The position numbers and the translations under genes are program-made. Of a stretch of DNA of 64,000 nucleotides, positions 48,404 to 57,008 are shown piece by piece. Source of the stretch: Gemmatimonadota bacterium (lineage in GTDB: Bacteria; Gemmatimonadota; Gemmatimonadetes; Longimicrobiales; Gaopeijiaceae); assembly GCA_034521595.1 (NCBI GenBank), contig JAXHMG010000002.1:96001-160000 (forward strand), written 5' to 3'. Position 1 is the first letter of the stretch. Every line of letters begins with the position of its first letter. The notes under the pieces are model-generated. The model did no database searches. It worked only from the letters and a program-made list of their open reading frames with translations, and was not told the DNA's origin.

Positions 48404-49279
48404 ATGCCAGCTCCCAACGACTCCGATCCCCGGTTCGAGCGCTACGCCCATCCGGATAAGCTCGTCTCCACGGACTGGCTCGCCGAGCACCTCGACGACT
48501 CCGACGTAGCCATCGTGGAGTCCGACGAGGACGTGCTCCTCTACGACACCGGCCACATCCCGGGCGCGATCAAGATCGACTGGCACATGGATCTGAACGA
48601 CCCGGTGACCCGGGATTACCTGGACGGGAAGAAGTTCGCCGAGCTCATGTCGTCGAAGGGCATCGACCGCGACACGACCGTCGTCTTCTACGGCGACAAC
48701 TTCAACTGGTGGGCCGCGTACGCGCTTTGGGTGTTCACCCTCTTCGGCCATCCGGACGTACGGTTGCTCGACGGTGGCCGCAAGAAGTGGATCGACGAAG
48801 ACCGGCCGCTCACGACGGACGTGCCCGAGCGCCCCCGCACGGAATACCCGGTCGTCGAACGGAACGACACGGAGATCCGGGCGTTCCGCGACGAAGTGCT
48901 CGAGCACATGAGCGCGGGCGGCAAGCTGGTCGACGTCCGGTCACCTCAGGAGTACAGCGGCGAGCTGCTGCACATGCCGGACTACCCGCAGGAGGGCTCG
49001 TTGCGAGGCGGCCACATCCCGGGGGCCGCGAACGTCCCGTGGAAGCGGGCCGCCAACGACGACGGCACGTTCAAGGACGTCGACGAGTTGAAGAAGATCT
49101 ACGAGCAGGAGCAGGGCCTCTCCCCCGATGCGGACGTCGTCGCCTACTGCCGGATCGGCGAGCGCTCGAGCCACACTTGGTTCGTGCTGCAGCACCTGCT
49201 CGGGTACCCGAAGGTCCGGAACTACGACGGTTCCTGGACGGAATGGGGGAACATGGTCCGCGCGCCGATCGAGCGCTGA
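48404..49279 (+). CDS. sseA: Two-domain rhodanese sulfurtransferase (SseA/CysA-like)
   Basis: GHIPGA twice, YCRIGERS active-site loop, YDGSWTEWG. Confidence 0.93.
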   Translation: MPAPNDSDPRFERYAHPDKLVSTDWLAEHLDDSDVAIVESDEDVLLYDTGHIPGAIKIDWHMDLNDPVTRDYLDGKKFAELMSSKGIDRDTTVVFYGDNFNWWAAYALWVFTLFGHPDVRLLDGGRKKWIDEDRPLTTDVPERPRTEYPVVERNDTEIRAFRDEVLEHMSAGGKLVDVRSPQEYSGELLHMPDYPQEGSLRGGHIPGAANVPWKRAANDDGTFKDVDELKKIYEQEQGLSPDADVVAYCRIGERSSHTWFVLQHLLGYPKVRNYDGSWTEWGNMVRAPIER

Positions 49280-49322
49280 GCGACGCCGTGGACGCGGGGC
49301 GGGTCGGCGTCAGGCGGAAGCC

Positions 49323-49335
49323 CTAGCAGCCCGTG
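49323..49335 (+). repeat. Partial copy of MITE-end motif (left orientation)
   Basis: CTAGCAGCCCGTG identical to 57007-57019. Confidence 0.55.
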
Positions 49336-50639
49336 CTGGAGGCGTCGAGCGGGTTCTTGCGGATGATCGAGCGAGCCATGTTGAAGTGGCGGAGCCCGGC
49401 TTTCGGATCGTAGACCACGAACATGGCGCCGTGCTGGTCGTACCCCTCCGGGTTCACACCCGAGTAGTCCATCAGGGTCCGGGCGAACTCGGCCGTCATC
49501 TTGTTCCCGAGCTCGTCCTCACCCAACGGGCTGCGGAACAGGGCATCCATCGGGAGGTTCAGCTCCGAGCCCTTGTGTAGCGCGATCAGCACCTTCGCGA
49601 TCAGGGCGTTGTGCGGAAAGTTGAAGTGCAGGTCCAGGGGCGAATACCGGTCCGGGCGGGGCCGGTGCCGCTCGAGGTCCTCGAGGATGGCCTCCTGGTG
49701 TCGCCCGAAGAGCCGTTTGAACTCCGTGAGCTCGTTCCGGTACCCGTCGAGGGCGGCCGGCGGCCGCTCGAAGAACGCCCAGGGGTCGGGCGTGAGTCCG
49801 TTGATCATGCCCTCTACCACCGGATCACGCTCGTCCTCCGACGCGCCCCGCTCGACGAGGCGGTCGTATGCCCGCACCAGCTCGAGCACGGCGGTGAGCA
49901 GCCACGGGTAATCGCCCACGTTGTCGTCCCGCATGCGGCCCACGTCCCGGCGGTACATGACACCGAACCCCCAGCGCAGGTGTCCGGCGAGGACGGCCGT
50001 TCCCAGCCTCGCGAAGCGGACGCGGCGCTCCTCGACTCCGAGCCTCCAGACTTTCTCGACCAGGCGGTCGTAGGCGGCCTCCTCGGGATGGAACTGCGAC
50101 ATCCCCAGAATGAGCAACGTCTCGGCATGCTCGACGAAGAGGTGGCCGCTGCCATCGCGGCCCTGTAGCCGCTCGATCAGCGCATCGACCCGATCCATGT
50201 ACGCCGCCGGATCCTCGGCGTCCCACGCGCGCATGGTCAACAGGATCAGAAGGTGGAAGAAGTAGTAGTCCAGCAATATGGCCAACACTTCGCGCTCGGT
50301 GCCCTCGACCATCCCGATGTCGGAGAAGTAGTCGAGAAGGATGACCGGCGTGTTCTCCCGGCTGAACTCCAGAGCACGGAAGTTCCAACTGTGGAGGACT
50401 CGGAAGCCCTCGCTCCGGGTGCGGTGGTCCAGCCGATCCACGACGTCGCGAAGCTCGTGTCGCGTCGACTCGGTCTCGAACGTGTGCGCTTGCATGGCGC
50501 CCCGGATATGCTTCAAGGCACGCCCCATCGAACCCTGCGCGAGCGCTTCGTCCACCAACTCACCGCGGAACGGCCCTTCGAGCATCGCTTCGAGGCGTTC
50601 CGCCGCGACCTCGCAGAGGATCTCGGTTGTCTCGGACAT
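49323..50639 (-). CDS. Hypothetical protein (438 aa)
   Basis: Long ORF with strong GC3 bias; GGAAGG RBS; no recognised motif; stop codon lies inside a repeat-end motif. Confidence 0.75.
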   Translation of the reverse strand: MSETTEILCEVAAERLEAMLEGPFRGELVDEALAQGSMGRALKHIRGAMQAHTFETESTRHELRDVVDRLDHRTRSEGFRVLHSWNFRALEFSRENTPVILLDYFSDIGMVEGTEREVLAILLDYYFFHLLILLTMRAWDAEDPAAYMDRVDALIERLQGRDGSGHLFVEHAETLLILGMSQFHPEEAAYDRLVEKVWRLGVEERRVRFARLGTAVLAGHLRWGFGVMYRRDVGRMRDDNVGDYPWLLTAVLELVRAYDRLVERGASEDERDPVVEGMINGLTPDPWAFFERPPAALDGYRNELTEFKRLFGRHQEAILEDLERHRPRPDRYSPLDLHFNFPHNALIAKVLIALHKGSELNLPMDALFRSPLGEDELGNKMTAEFARTLMDYSGVNPEGYDQHGAMFVVYDPKAGLRHFNMARSIIRKNPLDASSTGC

Positions 50640-50663
50640 CGACCTTCCCTGAAAAATCAGATT

Positions 50664-50695
50664 CGGCCCGGCCAACTTCTGCCACGGGCTGTTAG
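50664..50695 (-). repeat. Near-complete copy of the MITE terminal repeat (right orientation)
   Basis: CGGCCCGGCCAACTTCTGCCACGGGCTG-TTAG; 26/28 identical to 57325-57352. Confidence 0.85.
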
Positions 50696-50743
50696 GAGCG
50701 CGCTACAGCCGGAGGGACACGCCTCCGCCGCTCGGCGTTGCGA

Positions 50744-51514
50744 TCAGCGTTGCAGGTTGATCGGGATGAGCGCGACCGCCCGGTGGGCCATGCGCTCCAT
50801 GAACTGGTGCGTGTAGGCCCGGATCTCGAGCCCCCGGCCATACACCTCCACGAGGTAGAGGTCGTAGGGTTGGTAGGTCGCGAGCTGATCCAGCCCCCCG
50901 ATCACCGGCATCTCGTCCACGTACACCCGGGGCTGCTCGAGGCGCCCGCGCCGCTGGATGCACAGCGTCCCGAAGGCTCGGGTGCCACACGACCGGGGGT
51001 GGAGCGCCGCTTCCATTCGCAGGAAGTCCAGGAAATCGCGGGCGGCGGACTGCACCAGACGCTCCTGGTCGAACGCGCGGACCGACGTGGCCGTCGCGTT
51101 CCGGCGGCGGCGCAACCGCTGGTCCATCAGCTCCAGCCGGTCGGTGACCACGTTCAAGCCGTCCAGCAAGACGGCCTCCGGCGGCAAGGGGATCCGGACC
51201 TCGAGCGCCCCTTCGGTCGGAACGACGGCCTCCATGCCGGTCGTTTGGTACCCGTAGCGGCGGACGGTCACCCCGAGGGAACCGCTCGAGAGCTCCCCGA
51301 GGTCGAACAGGCCCGCGGAATCGGTGAGCACGGCATACCGCTCGTCGTCCACGACCACCAGCGCGTCGGCGATCGGAAGGCCCGTGACCTCATCGACGAC
51401 GAGGCCGGAGACCCGGGCATGGTTCGGACGCGTCTCCGGCTCCTGGGCGGCGGAAGGGCGTGCCCAGCCCGCGACCGCCATCACGGCCACCCCTGCGAGC
51501 ACGATCTTCCTCAT
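50744..51514 (-). CDS. Secreted protein with carboxypeptidase-regulatory-like and plug-like domains
   Basis: Signal peptide; VSGLVVDEVTGLPIADA, TDSAG.F, RRYGY; VYVDE...VEVY. Confidence 0.7.
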   Translation of the reverse strand: MRKIVLAGVAVMAVAGWARPSAAQEPETRPNHARVSGLVVDEVTGLPIADALVVVDDERYAVLTDSAGLFDLGELSSGSLGVTVRRYGYQTTGMEAVVPTEGALEVRIPLPPEAVLLDGLNVVTDRLELMDQRLRRRRNATATSVRAFDQERLVQSAARDFLDFLRMEAALHPRSCGTRAFGTLCIQRRGRLEQPRVYVDEMPVIGGLDQLATYQPYDLYLVEVYGRGLEIRAYTHQFMERMAHRAVALIPINLQR

Positions 51515-51586
51515 GTGCGCCTCCCGTGAGCGCGGTTCCCTGGAGCACTCGAACCGTAAGCGGGCCGAGGGGCCCCGGCAAGCGGC

Positions 51587-53233
51587 TCAACCCCCGATGC
51601 GCTCACCCTCCAATGGCGGCGTATGGACCGGGCTCCGGCGGGCTCGGGTGAGTTGCTCGAACGCATATCCCAACGCCAACAGCCGGGGCTCGCTGAACGC
51701 CGTTCCGAAGAAGGAGATCCCGACCGGCAGGCGGTCGCTCGTGAATCCGGCCGGCACGATCAGATCCGGAAAGCCGGTGAGGTTCGCGATGTTCGTCGGG
51801 GACGGCCCACCGCCCCCACCACCACCCGACACGAGCCCCGGCCGGGTCGGCGAAGTCGGATACACGATGGCGTCGAGCTCGTGGCCGGCGAAAAGGCCCT
51901 CCACGATCCCCCGCACGAGCGGGAGGCCGTGCTCACGCATGGTCACGTAGTCCGGGTCGTCGGTGGTGCCGCTCCGCTCCTCGTTCTCGAGCAGGGTCCA
52001 ACGCGTCGGATTCGGGCCGCCGTGGTCGGAGGTGAGGGAGGTGATCTCGCGGCTCCGCTCGACCATCTCCGCGAGGGATTTCGGGTACTCGGGGTCGAGG
52101 GTGGCCAAGTAGTCGGGGATCTGGGCGCGGAAATCGGGCCAACGGATGGTCGTGTACCATTCACCTTTGACGTCGAGCAGCCACTGCGGGTACCGCACCT
52201 CCACGATCGTCGCACCGGCGTCGCGCATGGTGTGAAGCGCCGACTCGACGATCCAATCGACCTCCGAGTCCTGACCCATGAAGTCGCGGGCGATGCCGAT
52301 ACGGGCCCCATCGAGCGCTTCCGCGTCGAGGGATGCCGTGTAGTCGTCCGCCCGGCGCTCGTCGGCGTCGCTCGTGGCTTCATCGGCGGCGTCGCTCCCG
52401 GCGATCGCGTTCAACGTGTGCGCGATATCCGAGACGTGTCGCGCCATCGGGCCGGGCACGTCGAAGGTCAGCGAAAGCGGAATGATCCCGTCCCGGCTCA
52501 CGAGACCGTGGGTGGGCTTCAGACCGACGATCCCGTTCGAGGTCGACGGCCCCCGCACCGAGCCACCGGTATCCGTCCCGAAGCCGACCTCGGCATACCA
52601 CGCCGCGATCGCGGCCCCGGTGCCACCCGACGAGCCCGAGGGGCTGCGCTCGAGATCGTGCGGATTTCGGATGTACCCGCCCACGGAGCTCATCGTCACG
52701 CCGGAGGCGAGCTCGCTCATGTTGAGCTTGGCCAGGATGATCGCGCCGGCCTCGCGCAGGCGCGCCACGAGGTGCGCGTCGTCGGGCGGGATCGAGCCTT
52801 CCAGGAGGAGTGAGCCCCCGGTGGTGGGCATGTCGTGCGTGTCGAAGTTGTCCTTGAGCACGACGGGGATGCCGTGGAGCGCCGACCGGGGCCCCTGCTC
52901 CTCGCGTTCCCGATCGAGAGCGCGCGCCGTCTCGAGCGCCTCGGAGTTCACGTGGAGCACCGCGTTGAGGCCGGGACCTCGCTGGTCGTAGGCCTCGATG
53001 CGGGCGAGATGCATCTCCAAGAGCCGTTCGGCCGTGAGCGTGCCCTCCGCGAAGGCGCGCCCGAGCTCCTCGATGGTGGCGTGGGCGAGAGAAAGCTCCT
53101 GCGCGGCCGCCGAGTCGGGCACCCCGACGACGAGGGCACCGACCGCGGCGCACGCCAGACGGACCCGCCTCCGGCCACGGACGGGGGAGCGCGAAGACCG
53201 GAGAATGGAACGACGGCGGCACGGACTCGGCAT
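51587..53233 (-). CDS. Secreted amidase-signature protein
   Basis: LHGIPVVLKDN, GSSGGT, GTDTGGSVRGP. Confidence 0.9.
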   Translation of the reverse strand: MPSPCRRRSILRSSRSPVRGRRRVRLACAAVGALVVGVPDSAAAQELSLAHATIEELGRAFAEGTLTAERLLEMHLARIEAYDQRGPGLNAVLHVNSEALETARALDREREEQGPRSALHGIPVVLKDNFDTHDMPTTGGSLLLEGSIPPDDAHLVARLREAGAIILAKLNMSELASGVTMSSVGGYIRNPHDLERSPSGSSGGTGAAIAAWYAEVGFGTDTGGSVRGPSTSNGIVGLKPTHGLVSRDGIIPLSLTFDVPGPMARHVSDIAHTLNAIAGSDAADEATSDADERRADDYTASLDAEALDGARIGIARDFMGQDSEVDWIVESALHTMRDAGATIVEVRYPQWLLDVKGEWYTTIRWPDFRAQIPDYLATLDPEYPKSLAEMVERSREITSLTSDHGGPNPTRWTLLENEERSGTTDDPDYVTMREHGLPLVRGIVEGLFAGHELDAIVYPTSPTRPGLVSGGGGGGGPSPTNIANLTGFPDLIVPAGFTSDRLPVGISFFGTAFSEPRLLALGYAFEQLTRARRSPVHTPPLEGERIGG

Positions 53234-53381
53234 ATGTACTCTCCACGGAAGTTACGGTAGGGAGAGCGAACGTACTTCCCGACCCGAGGTGGCAACAGGA
53301 CGAGGCGGCCGGGCACGGGTGCCCGGAGCACCGGTCTTGGTATTTCCCGAACCGTTCGCCCAGGGGGCGAGGAGACCTTCC

Positions 53382-53967
53382 ATGGCATCGCTCTTCCGTC
53401 GTTCCACACGTCCGGCCTTGGTCGCGGTCTCGGGCCTCCTGATGCTCGGACCGGTGACCGCCCCCCTCACGGCCCAAGCGCACGACGCCCCCCGCCCCAT
53501 CGCCGGCACCAACACCGTGTGGCTCGAGGAGATGACTTGGATGGAGGTTCGCGACGCGCTCGCCGAGGGCAGCACGACGATCATCGTGGGAACGGGCGGG
53601 ATCGAGCAGAACGGTCCGTACGTGGCGAGCGGAAAGCACAACTTCGTCCTCACCGCCACGACCGAGGCCATCGCGCGGGAGCTCGGGAACGCCCTGGTCG
53701 CGCCGATCGTGAAGTTCGTGCCCGAAGGAGACGTTCGAGGCGCTGCTCACGGATATCGCCTCCAGCTTCGCCGCACACGGTTTCACCGACATCGTCCTCA
53801 TCGGCGACAGCGGCGGCAATCGCCGGCGGATGGACGCGGGCCTCTTCAGCATCAACGGCGTGGACCTGGCGCCCCTCTCGCGCACCATCGCCAACGGCCG
53901 GAGGCTGGTGCGGTACCGGGCCGAGCTAACCGCACGGGCCATCCGGGAGGCGATCGCGGGAGGGTGA
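53382..53967 (+). pseudogene. Creatininase-family amidohydrolase pseudogene (frameshift plus internal deletions)
   Basis: WLEEMTW, GGIEQNGP..GKHN, VPEG in one frame; ETFEALLTDIA..GFTDIVLIGDSGGN..SINGV in the +1 frame from 53728. Confidence 0.8.
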
Positions 53968-53985
53968 CATTGGCTGTTAAAGCGG

Positions 53986-54014
53986 TTGATCGTGCGCCGG
54001 AACCCACATATGCT
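53986..54014 (+). promoter_or_regulatory. Sigma70-type promoter of the attenuated operon
   Basis: TTGATC-17 nt-TATGCT. Confidence 0.6.
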
Positions 54015-54036
54015 TAGTCGCTACGCACAAGCTTCA

Positions 54037-54162
54037 ATGATCCCCACCGCCACAGCCATGCGCCCCGAACTCCGTCCCCGAACTCCGACCGCGACCATGA
54101 CCTGTCGCTGTTGTTGTCCGGCTCTCCCGCCGGGAGAGGCCGAGGGGCGCCCGTACATGTGA
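54037..54162 (+). CDS. Cys-rich leader peptide (alternative in-frame starts at 54058 and 54097)
   Basis: MIPTATAMRPELRPRTPTATMTCRCCCPALPPGEAEGRPYM*; four TGT codons at 54103-54117. Confidence 0.7.
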   Translation: MIPTATAMRPELRPRTPTATMTCRCCCPALPPGEAEGRPYM

Positions 54163-54234
54163 CGGACGCGTGAACGACCACCGGGCTCAGCCCGGATCCC
54201 CGGCCCCTCTCCCCGCGAGAGGGGCCGTTTTTTT
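54103..54234 (+). promoter_or_regulatory. Ribosome-dependent transcription attenuator (cysteine-sensing)
   Basis: Mutually exclusive 1:2 (54122-54138), 2:3 (54132-54147 with 54198-54213) and 3:4 (54201-54227) pairings. Confidence 0.75.
54201..54234 (+). terminator. Intrinsic terminator of the attenuator
   Basis: CGGCCCCTCTC-CCCGC-GAGAGGGGCCG-TTTTTTT, ending 26 nt before the next start codon. Confidence 0.9.
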
Positions 54235-54260
54235 GTCCCGTTCCACACCGACCGAGACCC

Positions 54261-55277
54261 ATGACTCGTTCCGATATCCCCGGTGCCGCCAGCGGCGCCA
54301 TCGCCATCTATCACGAGCACCCGGACTGGTTCCGGCCGCTGTTCGACGAGCTCGACGCCCGCGGCGTGCCCTACGTCCGACTCGATGCGGCCGACCACGT
54401 GTTCGACCCGGCGGCCGAGGATCCCGACTACGCACTCGTCTTCAACCGGATGAGCCCCTCGGCGTTCCTGCGCGGCCGGGCGTCGGCGGTCTTCTACACG
54501 TCGCAGTACCTCGCCGACCTCGAGCGGCGCGGCATCCGGGTCATCAACGGGTGGAAGGCCTGGCAGACCGAGATCTCCAAAGCCGCCCAATTGTCGCTCC
54601 TGGCCGAGCTCGGCCTCCCCGCGCCCCGAGCACGCGTCATTCACCGGGCGGAGCAAGCTCCGGCCGCGGCCGAAGGCCTTCGCTTTCCCGTGGTCGTGAA
54701 GCCGAACATCGGTGGAAGCGGCGCGGGCGTGCGGCGTTTCGACAGGCCGGAGACTCTCGCCACGGCGACGAACGAACTCGATCTCGGCATCGACTCCACC
54801 GCCCTCGTGCAGGAGTTCGTGCCGGCAGAATCGGGACGGATCGTGCGCGTGGAGGTGCTCGACGGGAAGTTCCTCTACGCGATCCGGGTCTACACCGACG
54901 GGTCGGACTTCAACCTCTGCCCGGCCGACGCCTGCCAGAGCGTGGACGGCGCCGAGCTGGAGCGCGCCGCCTGCGCGGTGGACGCCCCCAAGAACGGCAT
55001 GCGGGTGGAAGGCTACGAGCCTCCCTCCGATGTCGTGGAGGACGTGGAGCGGATCATGGCCGCGGCCGGCATCGAGATCGGGGGCGTCGAGTACATGATC
55101 GACGAGCGTGACGGCCGACGGTACTACTACGACGTGAACGCGCTCTCCAACTTCGTGGCCGACGCGCCCAACGTGGTGGGGCTCGACGCCTTCGCGCGGC
55201 TGGCCGACTGGCTCCAGCGGGAGGCCGGCCTGACCCCGGCCCACGCGGAAGCCGCGATCCAAGGAGGTGCGGCATGA
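54261..55277 (+). CDS. ATP-grasp ligase (RimK/glutathione synthetase-like)
   Basis: FPVVVKPNIGGSGAGV, LVQEFV, YYDVN. Confidence 0.85.
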   Translation: MTRSDIPGAASGAIAIYHEHPDWFRPLFDELDARGVPYVRLDAADHVFDPAAEDPDYALVFNRMSPSAFLRGRASAVFYTSQYLADLERRGIRVINGWKAWQTEISKAAQLSLLAELGLPAPRARVIHRAEQAPAAAEGLRFPVVVKPNIGGSGAGVRRFDRPETLATATNELDLGIDSTALVQEFVPAESGRIVRVEVLDGKFLYAIRVYTDGSDFNLCPADACQSVDGAELERAACAVDAPKNGMRVEGYEPPSDVVEDVERIMAAAGIEIGGVEYMIDERDGRRYYYDVNALSNFVADAPNVVGLDAFARLADWLQREAGLTPAHAEAAIQGGAA

Positions 55278-56326
55278 GGTTCGGTTACTGGCTCCCCGTC
55301 TTCGGCGGCTGGCTTCGCAACGTCGAGGACGAAGGGATGGAAGCTTCGTGGGAATACGTCAGCCGCCTGGCCCGCCGCAGCGAGGAGATCGGCTTCGATC
55401 TGTCGCTCGTCGCCGAGCTCAACCTGAACGACATCAAGGGCATGGACGCGCCTTCGCTCGACGCTTGGAGCACCGCCGCCGCCCTCGCCGCCGTCACCGA
55501 GAAGCTCGAGCTCATGGTGGCGGTACGCCCGACCTTTCACGCTCCGGCGCTCCTGGCGAAACAAGCGGCGAACATCGACCGGATCAGCGGAGGCCGCCTC
55601 TCGCTCAACGTCGTGTCGTCGTGGTGGGCGACCGAGGCGAAGAAGTATGGCGTGCAGTTCGACGAGCACGACGACCGCTACGCCCGCACGGCGGAGTGGC
55701 TCGAGATCGTCGACGGGATGTGGAAGCAGCCGGAGTTCTCGTTCAAGGGACGGTACTACGAGGTCGAGGACGCGATCCTCGAGCCGAAGCCCGTGCGCCG
55801 GCCGCGGCCTACCGTGTACGCAGGCGGCGAGTCAGCCGCCGCCAAGGAGCTGATCTCGACCAAGTGCGACGCGTGGCTGACCCACGGTGACCCACCCGAC
55901 GTCATCCGCCCCAAGGTCGACGACATGCGGGAACGACGGGCGCGGACCGGTCTCGAACCCATGTCGTTCGGTGCCGCCGGCTACGCCGTGGTCCGGCCCA
56001 CGGAGCGCGAGGTCCGGCAGGAGCTCGAGCGCATCACGAACGTGCGCGAGAACGCACGCGGCTATGCGAATTACCAGGACTGGATCAACAACACCGAGCT
56101 CGAGCGGCAGGTGAGCATCGAGGACTACTCGGTCTCCAACCGGGGGCTCCGCAGCGGGCTCACGGGAACGCCCGAGCAAGTGGCCGAGCGGATCTTGGAG
56201 TTCGAGCGGGCGGGCCTGGACCTACTGCTGCTCCAGTTCTCCCCACAGCTCGAGGAGATGGAGCGGTTCGCCGAGGAGGTCATTCCGCTCGTGCGGGAGG
56301 AGTCGGAGGCGAGTCGGGTGGCGTAG
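55274..56326 (+). CDS. LLM-class flavin monooxygenase, SsuD/SfnG-like (organosulfur utilisation)
   Basis: MRFGYWLPVFGGW, LMVAVRP, IDRISGGRLSLNVV, YAGGES, GTPEQVAERI; ATGA overlap with the ATP-grasp gene. Confidence 0.85.
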   Translation: MRFGYWLPVFGGWLRNVEDEGMEASWEYVSRLARRSEEIGFDLSLVAELNLNDIKGMDAPSLDAWSTAAALAAVTEKLELMVAVRPTFHAPALLAKQAANIDRISGGRLSLNVVSSWWATEAKKYGVQFDEHDDRYARTAEWLEIVDGMWKQPEFSFKGRYYEVEDAILEPKPVRRPRPTVYAGGESAAAKELISTKCDAWLTHGDPPDVIRPKVDDMRERRARTGLEPMSFGAAGYAVVRPTEREVRQELERITNVRENARGYANYQDWINNTELERQVSIEDYSVSNRGLRSGLTGTPEQVAERILEFERAGLDLLLLQFSPQLEEMERFAEEVIPLVREESEASRVA

Positions 56327-56329
56327 CTG

Positions 56330-57007
56330 CTAGGATCCGTCCGAAGTCGAATCGGTCACGCTGGACCGGATCTGGTCCGCCCCCGTCACCATGCGATGGA
56401 AGTTCCCCTCCCAGGACTGCCAGGCGAGCACCAACGCGGCGACCACCAGCATCACGGAGGCTCCCTTCATCATGCGCTGCTGCCATGCGCGTGTGAGCCG
56501 CCGGTGCCCGTACGCCGCGAGCCCGGCGACGACCGACCGGACAGCGAGCAACTGGAGGATGAACGCACCCGCGAACGCACCGCCGAGCTCCCAGGAGACG
56601 CGCCAGAAACCCACGAACAGGGGCGCGCCCACCAACATCCAGAAGACCCAAGGAGTCGGTGAGACGAGCGCCAGCAATGCGGCTTCCAGGCTCCGGCGTG
56701 ACGCCTCGTCGGGGACGTGCGCCACCGGATCTTCCTGGGCCCGCTTCCAGGTGCCGCGGGCGAGATAGAGGATCAGGACGCCTCCGACGATCCCCATCCA
56801 CCGGAGCAAGCCGTCCGGAAGCTGCGCGACCACCAGAGCCGCGGTCGTCAGCACCACCAGCTCCGAAAGAAGCGGCACGACCGCCACCCGAAATCCCGCC
56901 CGGAAGCCGGATTTCAGGGAGGTCGCCGCCACGAGCGCGGAGAAGGGGCCGGGAATCGCGCCGGCGACGAGTCCCAGCACGAATCCCAGGAAAAGAGGTT
57001 CCGACAC
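56330..57007 (-). CDS. LysE/RhtB family exporter
   Basis: IPGP motif, GFRAG, LVSP..WVFW, about 6 TM segments; GTG start overlaps the MITE flank. Confidence 0.85.
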   Translation of the reverse strand: MSEPLFLGFVLGLVAGAIPGPFSALVAATSLKSGFRAGFRVAVVPLLSELVVLTTAALVVAQLPDGLLRWMGIVGGVLILYLARGTWKRAQEDPVAHVPDEASRRSLEAALLALVSPTPWVFWMLVGAPLFVGFWRVSWELGGAFAGAFILQLLAVRSVVAGLAAYGHRRLTRAWQQRMMKGASVMLVVAALVLAWQSWEGNFHRMVTGADQIRSSVTDSTSDGS

Positions 57008-57008
57008 T

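Noticed and set aside
52998-54017. 339-aa ORF as an intact gene
   Set aside because: Only 53382-53727 is creatininase-like; the remainder is out-of-frame read-through, and the N-terminal part overlaps the opposite-strand amidase.
54063-54087. Tandem 12-bp duplication CCCCGAACTCCG in the leader ORF
   Set aside because: Only two copies with no spacer; not CRISPR, and no independent function is supportable.
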